This document shows positions 1 to 10,035 of a stretch of DNA of 64,000 bases, one piece after another. The first letter of the stretch is position 1; each line of letters opens with the position of its first letter. The stretch lies in contig OZ242195.1 in NCBI GenBank assembly GCA_965205975.1, positions 448,001-512,000 of the forward strand, written 5' to 3'. Below the pieces are notes generated by a model that was given only the letters and a program-made list of their open reading frames with translations, did no database searches and had not been told where the DNA came from. Origin of the DNA: Candidatus Latescibacterota bacterium. GTDB taxonomy: Bacteria > Latescibacterota > UBA2968. The position numbers were made by a program, and so were the translations under genes.

Positions 1-933
1 GATCGCCCGCTGCAATAGTAAAAAGAATGGTAGAAAAAAGTGAAAAATAATCAATGCTATCCCTACATATTGCCAACCGCCATGTGATCGACGAATGTAC
101 CAGGGCGCTTCTTCAGCCAGGTTGCCAGACCATATAATCAAAAACTGGGAAAAACTCACATATGCCCACAGACATGTAAATGCAAACATCAGGGTGCCCA
201 GGTCGCTCAAGTACTTGAATGCGTCAACTTCCCGATAGATCTCGACATCTTTTAATTTGATCACCCACAAGATGCACAGTGCCATGGCACCCAATGCGCC
301 ACCTATCACAAAGATCAAGCCGTAGATCGTCGAAAACCAGTGTGGTTCCAAAGACATAACCCAATCTGTTGCCGCAAATGTAACGGTCAAGATAAACATG
401 GGAATCCCGGGGCCGCTCAGATTAATCATCCGGCTTTTTAGACCCGGTTCACCAGTTTCATCTTGCTCGCGCGACCATTTCGTTAGCAAAAACATCCAGA
501 GCAGCCACAGGGCAAAATAAACGACCGCGCGAATATAAAATCCGGTTTCATTCAAATACGGTTTCTTAAAGGTCAAAATTGGATCTTTGGCTACGACATC
601 TGTATGCGTCCATTCGTACAAATGGTACATACCCAGAAGTGCAATGGGAATAAACAGGACAGCCATGAGCCACAGTGTGCGCGCGCCCGACTCCAATAAT
701 CTCCGAATGACAAATCCCCACCGCCCACTGACCAGATGGTGCAACATCAACAATCCCAGACAGCCCAGAGATATAACCAACCAATAAATATAGCTAACGA
801 GATACGATTGGAAAAATTGCTGAGAATCGGCAAAAGCAACAATAAATAAAAGCACCACACCGCAGGCACCTGCCAGAAGGCCTCTTTGTTGCACTTTATC
901 TACAAATGGATGGTCAAAGGATTTAGTAGCCAT
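1..933 (-). CDS. actF: Alternative complex III subunit F (quinol-binding subunit 2, NrfD-like); 3' end cut by the window edge
   Basis: Not in the ORF track. Manual translation from ATG at 933 gives MATKSFDHPF...FFQSYLVSYIYWLVISLGCLGLLMLHHLVSGRWGFVIRR, a polytopic membrane protein directly after actE. Confidence 0.88.
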   Translation of the reverse strand, partial: MATKSFDHPFVDKVQQRGLLAGACGVVLLFIVAFADSQQFFQSYLVSYIYWLVISLGCLGLLMLHHLVSGRWGFVIRRLLESGARTLWLMAVLFIPIALLGMYHLYEWTHTDVVAKDPILTFKKPYLNETGFYIRAVVYFALWLLWMFLLTKWSREQDETGEPGLKSRMINLSGPGIPMFILTVTFAATDWVMSLEPHWFSTIYGLIFVIGGALGAMALCILWVIKLKDVEIYREVDAFKYLSDLGTLMFAFTCLWAYVSFSQFLIIWSGNLAEEAPWYIRRSHGGWQYVGIALIIFHFFLPFFLLLQRAI

Positions 934-939
934 AATATC

Positions 940-1572
940 CTACTCGTTTTCAAGCCGCTGACGCACATCGGCAGGGACATCGTCCAGCGTGGCGTTTTGG
1001 CTCAGTTGTAACGCCTGAACATAGGCTATAATAGCCCATCGATCGCGCGGTTTGATGCGCGATGCATAGCTATACATTGCGCCAAAACCATTGGTCATTA
1101 CATCAAAAAAGTAACCTGGTGTCTCATTTTGCAATCGTTCAATATGGTACGAAGGGGGTTGCTTCATGCCTCGGCGCACCACCATCCCGCGCCCATCACC
1201 TTCATACCCATGGCAGGGGGAGCAGTAAATATTGTAGCGTTCTCTGCCGCGGAGAATCACATCGCGCGTAATGGGAAAGGGAAAAGTCTCCGCCGGTTTA
1301 CCATCTACTATCCCGGTATATAAATGCGCGTCTATACGCAAATGCCCGCGTGCAACTGTGCCTTTTATCCATGGTCGAGAGGACCGGTTATCTGAAAAAA
1401 AAGAATTTTTTTCCAACGGTTCAAATCTCGACTGGTTGTACATTTCTTGCCGCAAACGCTCGATATCTGTCGTGCCCTCACACCCTATTGCCATAAAGAA
1501 TGCGAGCACCACAAGCCATCTCACGGGATGGGCAATCTTTACCCAATTAGCTAATTTACGGTTCGACATCAT
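940..1572 (-). CDS. actE: ACIII monoheme cytochrome c lipoprotein subunit E
   Basis: Lipobox-like AIGC, single CSPCH heme motif, RPWIKGTVARG and DRWAIIAYV segments, operon position. Confidence 0.9.
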   Translation of the reverse strand: MMSNRKLANWVKIAHPVRWLVVLAFFMAIGCEGTTDIERLRQEMYNQSRFEPLEKNSFFSDNRSSRPWIKGTVARGHLRIDAHLYTGIVDGKPAETFPFPITRDVILRGRERYNIYCSPCHGYEGDGRGMVVRRGMKQPPSYHIERLQNETPGYFFDVMTNGFGAMYSYASRIKPRDRWAIIAYVQALQLSQNATLDDVPADVRQRLENE

Positions 1573-2089
1573 CTACCTTTTTTGCTTTCAGGCTTTCGAG
1601 AAATGCACGGGTTTCGGTAATATCAAATTTGGGATCTTCGGCTTCGATACACAAAAAGAACCCATCACCAGAGGCGCGTTCAAAATTGGGAACATTGAAA
1701 ACTGGGTGATAGGGACGGGGCAAACCATTGAGGATGAGCATGCCTATCAATGCACCGAAAGCGGAAAATAGCACGCCGAGTTCAAATGTTACGGGAATAA
1801 AAGAGGGCCAGCTCAAAAGGGGCCGACCACCCACATTGAGCGGATAGTCGATTACAGATACCCAGTACTGAAGCCCAAAGCCTGAACAGGCACCGAGAAG
1901 CGCACATATCAATACAATGATGGGCACGCGGTGCTTGTCATAACCCATTGATTCCGACAAATCGTGTATCGGCATTGGAGAATAAGCGTCCATCTTGCGA
2001 TACCCTTCTGCATATGCATCTTTTGCAGCTTTGAGCAATTCGTCGGGACCATCAAATTCGGCCAAAAGACCGTATAAATTTTCAGCCAT
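1556..2089 (-). CDS. actD: ACIII subunit D (DUF3341)
   Basis: DAYSPMP, YPLNVGGRP and SFIPVTFELGVL motifs, two TM helices, located between actC and actE. Confidence 0.92.
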   Translation of the reverse strand: MAENLYGLLAEFDGPDELLKAAKDAYAEGYRKMDAYSPMPIHDLSESMGYDKHRVPIIVLICALLGACSGFGLQYWVSVIDYPLNVGGRPLLSWPSFIPVTFELGVLFSAFGALIGMLILNGLPRPYHPVFNVPNFERASGDGFFLCIEAEDPKFDITETRAFLESLKAKKVDDVEP

Positions 2090-2101
2090 AATCACACCCG
2101 T

Positions 2102-3496
2102 TTAATCATCGGCAGAAGCCGTTTCCGCATGTTCGTTTTTATTTGCCACCAACTGGCGGATTTCAAAAATGTTAATGACGGGCATCACCCGAATAAACAG
2201 GATCATCATAAAGAGGAAAAATCCAATTGTGCCTGCGTACAATCCCCAGTCCCACGGCGTCGAGTGATACATATCCCAGGACGAAGGCATAAAGTCGCGG
2301 TGGAGGCTTGTCACCACAATGATAAATCGCTCGAGCCACATTCCCACATTGATGAACATCGAAATGATGAACAGCCCCAATGGACTCAGGCGCACCTTTT
2401 TAATCCACAATAATTGGGGAATGGCCACATTGCACAAGATCAATGACCAGTAAGTACCGGAATAAGGACCAAATGTGCGATTTTTCATCATATAGCCTTC
2501 ATAGGGGCTGGCACTATACCAGGCAAAAAACTGCTCCATCGCATAGCCATAAGCCACAATGAGTCCGGTGGCGAGCATCACCTTGCCCATATTGTTCAGG
2601 TGGCGATCGGTGATATAATCGTGCAATCCGTAAAAGTAGCGAATGGGTAGCCCCAGCGTCAGCACCATTGCAAAACCGGCATATACAGCACCCGCCACAA
2701 AATAGGGTGGAAAGATGGTTGCATGCCAGCCGGGAATCAGGCCTACGGAAAAGTCCAAGCTCACGATGGAGTGTACGGACAGCACCAGCGGCGTCGATAC
2801 ACCCGCTAAGAGAAGCGCGGCCATTTCATAGTTAAACCAGTGCTTGGCGGATCCGCGCCATCCCATTGATAACACGCCGTATATGATCTGTGAAATTTTG
2901 TGTTTGGCTTTGTCGCGCAGGGTGGCAAAATCGGGGATCAGGCCCAGATACCAGAAGATCAGGGATACTGTAAAGTAGGTGCCAACGGCAAATACATCCC
3001 ATATCAGCGGACTGCGGAACTGCGGCCACACAGACATTGTATTGGGATAGGGCAACAGCCAGTAAGCCGCTACCCAGGGCCGCCCCGTGTGCAACAGTGG
3101 AAACATACCAGCGCACATGACGGCAAAAATGGTCATGGCTTCGGCAAATCGGTTGATCGAATTGCGCCATTGCTGACGCATGAGCAACAAAATAGCCGAA
3201 ATCAATGTGCCTGCATGCCCAATTCCAATCCACCAGACAAAGTTGATAATTGCCCAGCCCCAGCCAACGGGGATATTTAAGCCCCAGATACCGGTCCCTT
3301 TGATTAGCAGCCAGGTCGCAGACAACATCAACAACTGCAGGATACCACCCGCAATCAACAGTGCTGCAATCCACCCCAAAGGCGTGCGATTGGTGATAAT
3401 TGCACTGAGTCTTTGCGTCACCGTTGTATAGGTCTGCCCCGGACCGAGCACCGGCGCCGGCATCGTCGGATCATTTAGAGGTGCAGGACTACCCAT
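2102..3496 (-). CDS. actC: ACIII subunit C, polysulfide reductase NrfD family
   Basis: NFVWWIGIGHAGTLISAIL, RFAEAMT and SPLIWDVFAV motifs; about 10 TM helices. Confidence 0.95.
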   Translation of the reverse strand: MGSPAPLNDPTMPAPVLGPGQTYTTVTQRLSAIITNRTPLGWIAALLIAGGILQLLMLSATWLLIKGTGIWGLNIPVGWGWAIINFVWWIGIGHAGTLISAILLLMRQQWRNSINRFAEAMTIFAVMCAGMFPLLHTGRPWVAAYWLLPYPNTMSVWPQFRSPLIWDVFAVGTYFTVSLIFWYLGLIPDFATLRDKAKHKISQIIYGVLSMGWRGSAKHWFNYEMAALLLAGVSTPLVLSVHSIVSLDFSVGLIPGWHATIFPPYFVAGAVYAGFAMVLTLGLPIRYFYGLHDYITDRHLNNMGKVMLATGLIVAYGYAMEQFFAWYSASPYEGYMMKNRTFGPYSGTYWSLILCNVAIPQLLWIKKVRLSPLGLFIISMFINVGMWLERFIIVVTSLHRDFMPSSWDMYHSTPWDWGLYAGTIGFFLFMMILFIRVMPVINIFEIRQLVANKNEHAETASADD

Positions 3497-6485
3497 GCTG
3501 TGAAATCTCCGGATTGGGATTGGTTAGCCGCGCGAGATACGTGGTGCGCGGTTTGGTATTTAATTCTGTCAAAATGCCGTAATTTCTCTGTTGGGCTTTG
3601 AGCTTGGCCACGCGGCTATTGGGGTCTTTGATATCGCCAAATACAATGGCATCTGTAGGACACGCACCCTGACAGGCGGTTGTAATATCGCCATCTTTCA
3701 ATTCGCGATCCTCGACCCTGGACTCAATGCGCGCAGCACTGATGCGCTGAACACAATAGGTACATTTTTCCATCACGCCGCGACCGCGCACTGTTACATT
3801 GGGATTGCGCTGCAATTTGAAACTCGGTGTTTCTTCATCGGCATAATGGAGGAAATTGAAGCGCCGCACCTTATAGGGACAGTTATTTGAACAATACCTC
3901 GTTCCCACACAGCGGTTATAAGCCATATCGTTCAAACCCTCGGCACTGTGTACGGTCGCGCCAACGGGGCAAACCAGTTCGCAGGGTGCATTCTCGCACT
4001 GCATACAGGGTACGGGCTGGTTATAAAGTTCGGGGTTGTCCAGATCGCCTTTGTAGTAGCGGTCAATGCGAATCCAGTGCATTTCGCGTCCGTTGAGCAC
4101 CTCATCTTTGCCCACTACCGGGATATTATTTTCCGACTGACAGGCGACTGTGCAGGCATTGCAACCATTGCACGAATTCAGATCAATTGCCATGCCCCAG
4201 GCTTTGCCATCGTTGTCGTGAATGCCATCGAAAAAGTTTGCATCGGGACTGGGATCGTGTCCCATTTCGTGTATAAAATGAGGATGTTTTTCGTATTCAT
4301 CGACTGTGCCAGATCGCACCAGCGCACGGCCTTCCATGCTGTGGTGATCCTGCGTGCAGGCCAGGGGATACGTCTGTCCCGTTTTTGTGATTGACGCGTT
4401 CGATGCAACCCATGGAGAATCAGATGTCTGAAGAGCATAAGCATTAAAGCCAACGCCATTACCCACTCGTCCGGCGGCCGTGCGTCCAAAACCGAGATGT
4501 ACAGTGACGGCATTTGCAGGATGCCCGGGTGCGATCCAAACAGGTGCTTCCACAGAGCGATCATTTGCACTCAACGCGACCACGTCGCCATTTTGAAGCC
4601 CCATTACCTCGGCAGTTGCCGGCGCGATCAAAGCCGCATTATCCCAGGTGAGGCGCGTATGGGGTTTGGGCAATTCTTGCAACCAGCCATTGTTGGCATA
4701 TCGTCCATCGCCAATTGTGGGATCCAGGCGGAAGTTCACTTCGAGACCCTCATTCACCTGCGATGGCATGCCGTAATTTTCGGTCAAGCTAACAGAACGC
4801 TCGGGCAAAGTTGTATCGGGTACCAACCCGTCGTGTAAATAAGTTTGCCAGGCCGTTTCAAAATCGCTGTCTTTGTATTGCTCTTGCCAATATTCTTTGA
4901 CCCGGTCGTAATCCGCGCGTCCATCCCCCAGCATCATAGCTACCAGTTCCGCGGCGGACTTGCCACCGTAGAGTGGCTCAATCAACGGCTGGACGATAGA
5001 AACGGTGCCGTCAAAGGCGCGTGTATCGCCCCAGGCTTCTAATGCGTGTGCTTCGGGCAGATGCCAGTGAGACAATTGCGCGGTTTCATTTTGGGACTGG
5101 CCCAGATGGATACGCGTTGTCACCTTCTGGTAAGCGGCGGCAAAGTTGATATCTGCCGGGGAATTATAGACGGGATTGCCACTCAGAACTACCAGCAGTG
5201 AAACTCTGCCTTCTGACATATCAACGGTTAAATCTTTGAGGGAAGCGTATTGATTGGTCGGTTCGGCTTCTACTGGATCTGTGTACGTCACGGTTTTACC
5301 CGCATTGCCCAACGCACTGTTTATGGCGTGTGCGAGGGCGTGAACAGCAGGTGGTTGATGATCGCCTGCAATCACCAGCGATGCGCCCTGATGTGCCGTC
5401 AAATCTTTGACCAGTGCATTGAGCCAGGTATCGTGTCCGGCACTATTGCCACCTGTCGTGTTTATCCCCAATGCAACAGCCACTGCCCGCGCAAATCCCT
5501 CGACTTGACTGGCTTTCAGTGGCAGGCGATGATCGGCAAAAGATCCCGTGTTGGATGGGGTGGATTCAACGACATAGATTCGATTCATATCGGCCTTTTG
5601 GCCGTCGATAACCTTGCGACCGAGGGCAACGTGGCGAGCGTGTCGAACACTTGCCGCACCGCTTTCCATAAAATCGGCGTCCAAAGACAAGATGCGTTTG
5701 GCACCTTCGAAATGATACTGCGTTTCGACCACCTCACCAAAAGCCATTCTGGCACCTTCGCGCACGTTGTCGCGTGTACCAGGCTCAAATTGATGCCATC
5801 TTGCATTGGGATATTTTTCTAATAGTGCGCGGATCTGGCTGATCAAAACCGGAGAAGTCACCGTTTCTGTCAACAGGCGCAATCCTTCACCCTGGTCTAA
5901 ATCGAATTTTGCCACTTCGGTTGCAAGAGTCGCAGAAAATCTCGTCCACGTACTCGAACGCCCGTTTGACACGGGTACCTGCGTGCGGTCCGGATCATAG
6001 AGGTCGAGTATTTGAGCCTGTGTAATTGCATCTGTGGGACCAAAAGTCGCATTGCCCGATCGGGGGGTTGCTGGATGTGAGGGATTGCCCTCTATTTTGG
6101 TCGGGCGCCCCGCATGGCTTTCTACCAATACGCCCCGGGCGAATCCGCCTTGAGAGAGAGCTGAGGCAAAGAATAGGGGTTTGCCGGGAATGATCTGCTC
6201 GGGAGCGCGCACATAGGGGACAATTTTTTCTGGCGGCTGGCGAGTACACGATGTCAAACCGGCAAATGCCAGAGACGCACCCATTACCTGTAGAAATTTG
6301 CGGCGACCGACTTTGTCGTCCCATTCGGAGGCCCCTTCGGGAAATTCGCGGTGCAAATAGTTGCGAAATTCTTCCGTATCGGCCAATTCATTCAGGCTGC
6401 GCCAATAATCCTGTCCCTCGCGCGTAGCCAAGCGTTCTCGAATCGCAGAGAGATCCAAACCGTCTTTATGTGCTGTGCGTGTCAT
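3489..6485 (-). CDS. actB: ACIII subunit B: TAT-variant molybdopterin-oxidoreductase-like domain plus Fe-S domain
   Basis: YWRSL...RRKFL TAT signal, GRPTKIEGNP, C-terminal Fe-S motifs CNGCNACTVAC, CMQCENAPCELVCP, CVGTRYCSNNCP, CTYC. ATG at 6485 overlaps the actA stop. Confidence 0.95.
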   Translation of the reverse strand: MTRTAHKDGLDLSAIRERLATREGQDYWRSLNELADTEEFRNYLHREFPEGASEWDDKVGRRKFLQVMGASLAFAGLTSCTRQPPEKIVPYVRAPEQIIPGKPLFFASALSQGGFARGVLVESHAGRPTKIEGNPSHPATPRSGNATFGPTDAITQAQILDLYDPDRTQVPVSNGRSSTWTRFSATLATEVAKFDLDQGEGLRLLTETVTSPVLISQIRALLEKYPNARWHQFEPGTRDNVREGARMAFGEVVETQYHFEGAKRILSLDADFMESGAASVRHARHVALGRKVIDGQKADMNRIYVVESTPSNTGSFADHRLPLKASQVEGFARAVAVALGINTTGGNSAGHDTWLNALVKDLTAHQGASLVIAGDHQPPAVHALAHAINSALGNAGKTVTYTDPVEAEPTNQYASLKDLTVDMSEGRVSLLVVLSGNPVYNSPADINFAAAYQKVTTRIHLGQSQNETAQLSHWHLPEAHALEAWGDTRAFDGTVSIVQPLIEPLYGGKSAAELVAMMLGDGRADYDRVKEYWQEQYKDSDFETAWQTYLHDGLVPDTTLPERSVSLTENYGMPSQVNEGLEVNFRLDPTIGDGRYANNGWLQELPKPHTRLTWDNAALIAPATAEVMGLQNGDVVALSANDRSVEAPVWIAPGHPANAVTVHLGFGRTAAGRVGNGVGFNAYALQTSDSPWVASNASITKTGQTYPLACTQDHHSMEGRALVRSGTVDEYEKHPHFIHEMGHDPSPDANFFDGIHDNDGKAWGMAIDLNSCNGCNACTVACQSENNIPVVGKDEVLNGREMHWIRIDRYYKGDLDNPELYNQPVPCMQCENAPCELVCPVGATVHSAEGLNDMAYNRCVGTRYCSNNCPYKVRRFNFLHYADEETPSFKLQRNPNVTVRGRGVMEKCTYCVQRISAARIESRVEDRELKDGDITTACQGACPTDAIVFGDIKDPNSRVAKLKAQQRNYGILTELNTKPRTTYLARLTNPNPEISQHG

Positions 6486-7150
6486 CGATGACATGTCGAG
6501 CAATCCGTGGAAGGGTTAATATCGTAATCTTGAACCAGTTGTGCGCCCAGCAAGGCTTGAGAGACCGCATGGCCGCGTTCATCCATTGGTGTCCAGGCCA
6601 TATTGAAAACTTCTTCGCGGGGACGCACATATCTCTCGGGTTCCCGGTGACATTCCAGACACCATTCCATATTGAGGGTGTTCACTTTCCACATCAAAGG
6701 CATTTGATCGACCTGCCCGTGACATGTTTGACATCCGATGCCTTTGTGGACGTGAATGCTGTGATTGAAATAGACAAAATCGGGGAGATCGTGTATGCGA
6801 ACCCACTCTATGGGATTACCCGTGCGATAACTTTCGCGGATGGGTTCGAGAAGGGGGCTTTCTGTCCAAATCTGAGAATGGCAAGTCATGCAGGTTTCAA
6901 CAGGAGGGATATTGGCGAAAGAAGATTCTTCAACAGAGGTGTGACAATAGCGACAATCGAGGCCCACGCCGGTCACGTGGTGTTTGTGACTAAAGGGAAC
7001 CGGCTGTTTTCTTGCGACCTGGACATCGGTTGTATAGTGCAATCGGTTGGTGTTGAGTAGAATGGTGAGGCCCGTTCCAACAACAACCAGAACCACGACA
7101 ATACTGATTCTGGCAAACGCGTTACTGCCACGCGGAAAAAGCTGCGCCAT
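6482..7150 (-). CDS. actA: ACIII pentaheme cytochrome c subunit A
   Basis: N-terminal TM helix, five CxxCH motifs (CRYCH, CMTCH, CQTCH, CLECH, CSTCH), QPVPFSH. Confidence 0.95.
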   Translation of the reverse strand: MAQLFPRGSNAFARISIVVVLVVVGTGLTILLNTNRLHYTTDVQVARKQPVPFSHKHHVTGVGLDCRYCHTSVEESSFANIPPVETCMTCHSQIWTESPLLEPIRESYRTGNPIEWVRIHDLPDFVYFNHSIHVHKGIGCQTCHGQVDQMPLMWKVNTLNMEWCLECHREPERYVRPREEVFNMAWTPMDERGHAVSQALLGAQLVQDYDINPSTDCSTCHR

Positions 7151-7307
7151 TTATGAATCCTGTGAAGTGAGATGGGACAAAATGAGATCAGATCGAGCCT
7201 ACGAAGGGCTTAATATACACGAATCTACATGCGAGTCAAGCAATAAGTTTTGCTCATATAAACTGTACATTATTATCTACTTTGTTTGGCATACAAAACA
7301 CAACTTT

Positions 7308-8429
7308 TTAATTTTGAGTATCTACTGGATGTTGTTCTGTATTACACCAATTACCGGGCAGTTCGGCAATGTACTGGTAATTGGGTTCGCGCGCCTGTCT
7401 ATCCAAAATCTCGGCAATTTGTTTCCACGTTTCGCGCAAGCCGCGAGGGCAGTGAGGCATCTCGTGTTTGATTAGCCTGTGTAGCCGACCGAGTTTGTAG
7501 CATGGAACCGCAGCGTACATGTGGTGCTCGGTGTGGTAGTTCATATGCCAGTAGAGAAATTGGAGTAGGGGATTGAGATATATTGTGCGGCAGCAGAGAC
7601 GAAAATCCGGCACTTTGTCTTGCAGACCAACATGTTGTGAGGAGTTGCAGAGGAAGTGCAACCACGATCCGAACATTTTGGGGAATGTGATGACCAGCGG
7701 AACAATCCAGTACCCATATGCCAAAGATATACCCGCGATCAAGAGGTGACCGATGAGCAAGATGCGCTCCCATCTGGTGTAGGCGCGACACCGCTCTGGA
7801 TCGCTTTCGGGAAAGAGTATTCCAATCCAGGAATTTTCCCTGTTGATATAGCCGGTAAAGTTTCGAAACCTCTCTTTGAGCAGTGTATAGGGATACTTGT
7901 GGTTTACAATGGCTCGTTTCCACAGACCTTTGAGGTCGATTTTTTGAGGGAGTACGACTTCTTGATCGTCAGGTGCATGCAGGGCGTATTTGTGGTGCTC
8001 GGTATGGCTGGCCCAGAATAGATGGTGGTTGTGCCAGCCGAGAAAGGATAAAATGCGGAGGAAGAAGCGATTGAGCCATCGGGCCTTGAAGACCGAATCG
8101 TGTACCAGTTCGTGAAAGCCGTTGACCAGAAAATGCCAGAAGTGCCCGTTGATAAAGACCAGTAGCGCAGTGATATACCAGGGCCAGTGGCGCGATGAGT
8201 AAATAGCTGCTCCCGCAGCAACAGTTAGCACGCCCAGAAAACCGAGGGTCTGAGCAAAGCCGAGGAAATCACTTCGCTTGTTGAGTTCGCGCAATGTCTC
8301 GCGGGTGATGCGGCAGCGATACCATTTGATGCGCGTCTTTCTGGGCGGTTTATTGTATTTTGGGCCTTCTGTGAACACGTCTCGATCAGAGAGCGCGTTC
8401 TGGTCGGCATTTTTAGTTTGTGTGTTCAT
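7308..8429 (-). CDS. Membrane fatty-acid desaturase family protein
   Basis: His boxes HELVH, HTEHH and HMNYHTEHH; TM segments. Confidence 0.85.
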   Translation of the reverse strand: MNTQTKNADQNALSDRDVFTEGPKYNKPPRKTRIKWYRCRITRETLRELNKRSDFLGFAQTLGFLGVLTVAAGAAIYSSRHWPWYITALLVFINGHFWHFLVNGFHELVHDSVFKARWLNRFFLRILSFLGWHNHHLFWASHTEHHKYALHAPDDQEVVLPQKIDLKGLWKRAIVNHKYPYTLLKERFRNFTGYINRENSWIGILFPESDPERCRAYTRWERILLIGHLLIAGISLAYGYWIVPLVITFPKMFGSWLHFLCNSSQHVGLQDKVPDFRLCCRTIYLNPLLQFLYWHMNYHTEHHMYAAVPCYKLGRLHRLIKHEMPHCPRGLRETWKQIAEILDRQAREPNYQYIAELPGNWCNTEQHPVDTQN

Positions 8430-8523
8430 GTCAGTGATTCGCCATGCAAAGTTTAAAATCAGCGACCAAGATACGCGAATCTACCCGTGCGTCAAGTGGG
8501 TTCGCATTACCTCTCTGCGCTTG

Positions 8524-9834
8524 CTATCCACTTGTCCTACCAAAATTTGAGGTAAATATCAAAAAGTCGTTAAAATCTACGTCGCCATCCTGATCCAGAT
8601 CACCGATTAAACCGCTTGGCGTGCCACCATCTCCGGTCGGTCTTATTTCAGAAGACCATCGAAGGATCTGATTTTGTCCTCGGGTCTCTGCGACTCCGTT
8701 GCCCGTAGAATCTATATAAGCACGGAATTTGCCGCCTTCAATTCCCAATACACCGTTGCCCGCTTCATCGGCCGCCATAGCTGCAATGGGCCGTCCGGAG
8801 GCGTTGAGAATGCCCATTACACCGTGCCCGTTTTCATCGACCCCCAATACGGAAGTCAAAACGCCCTCTCTATTTGTCAACAGTACTGCTGCATCGCCAG
8901 CCTCATCAATTCCCAAATCAACTATTGAACCCGAGGCACTGACGGCACTGACTGAGCCATTGCCAACATCATCTACACCCAGAACGACCACGCCTGTGCC
9001 CGATTCAGATGCAGTGCCTATGATCATTCCAGCATTTCCAGTATCATCTGCACCGAGAAGCGCGAGCGAACCCGAGGTACTGATGGTACTCACCAGTCCA
9101 TTACCAGTTTCATCTAAGCCCAGAATGACCGCACCTGCGTCCGATTCGGAGTTACCGCTCACGAGTATCCCCGCATTTCCAGCCTGATCAGAACTGAGAG
9201 CTACAAAGCTCGAACCCGATGCATTTGATGAAGCTACCAAACCATTGCCAGCTTGATCTACGCCCATCCCCGCAACAGAGGCATTGTTTTCTATCACACT
9301 AATATCTCCGTTGCCAGCTTGGTCAACGGAGATAGCTGCAACTGCCGCACCCGCCGTGTTTCCTACGAGTAAAATGCCGTCTCCAGCGGGATCCGATCCG
9401 ATTATGGCGACGATCCCTCCCGCTGCATTTACAATCTGCAGTGTTCTTGTCTGTAGTGTTTGTACCCGCAACGTGTCGGATAAAATCTGCTGTAATCCTG
9501 CTTGCGCTTGTTTGCCCAATCTCGGTGTCTCATTCTGGCGCGAGAGAATATTATTGATAAATTCTGTCTTATCTCTATCTGGCCCAAGCCCTGGTGCCTG
9601 TATCCGGCGAGTCAGTATTTCTTCCCGATGCGACGCAATATTGCGAAAACCAGTATCACTTTCCACACTTACAGAGGTCAATTTGGGAGGGAGTAACCTG
9701 TGAAACCACTTTGACGTAAAAGCGGGCGATGTGTTGAAAAGAAATACGATGATCAATCCGATAATCGCCCGCATTTGCCAGCGTACTCTTCTTTCCAGTG
9801 TTTCTACTTTTTTTTCTACTATTCCCCTATCCAT
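8524..9834 (-). CDS. Exported or membrane-anchored protein with Gly/Asp beta-hairpin repeats and a C-terminal EF-hand/dockerin-like motif
   Basis: N-terminal TM, about 11 degenerate G[VAI]DxxGNG repeats, ends GDLDQDGDVDFNDFLIFTSNFG; AAGGAG RBS upstream. Confidence 0.7.
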   Translation of the reverse strand: MDRGIVEKKVETLERRVRWQMRAIIGLIIVFLFNTSPAFTSKWFHRLLPPKLTSVSVESDTGFRNIASHREEILTRRIQAPGLGPDRDKTEFINNILSRQNETPRLGKQAQAGLQQILSDTLRVQTLQTRTLQIVNAAGGIVAIIGSDPAGDGILLVGNTAGAAVAAISVDQAGNGDISVIENNASVAGMGVDQAGNGLVASSNASGSSFVALSSDQAGNAGILVSGNSESDAGAVILGLDETGNGLVSTISTSGSLALLGADDTGNAGMIIGTASESGTGVVVLGVDDVGNGSVSAVSASGSIVDLGIDEAGDAAVLLTNREGVLTSVLGVDENGHGVMGILNASGRPIAAMAADEAGNGVLGIEGGKFRAYIDSTGNGVAETRGQNQILRWSSEIRPTGDGGTPSGLIGDLDQDGDVDFNDFLIFTSNFGRTSG

Positions 9835-10035
9835 TCTATCTCCTTGAATTGGTGATTGGTGTTGTTTGATTTGTTAATAAATATAAAGCAATTATTAAAC
9901 AATAATAACCCAAATTATCCGCGGCACTTGTTTTGACTTTGAGATAAGCACCCATAGGTTCCCCTTGCTTTGGTGAAATGAAACGGCTATTATGGACCAC
10001 CCTATAGCGAATGTAGAGAATGGAGGATTACTTTC

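Noticed and set aside
9835..10035. AT-rich divergent intergenic region as oriC
   Set aside because: No consensus DnaA-box array, and the skew switch lies elsewhere; more likely divergent promoters.
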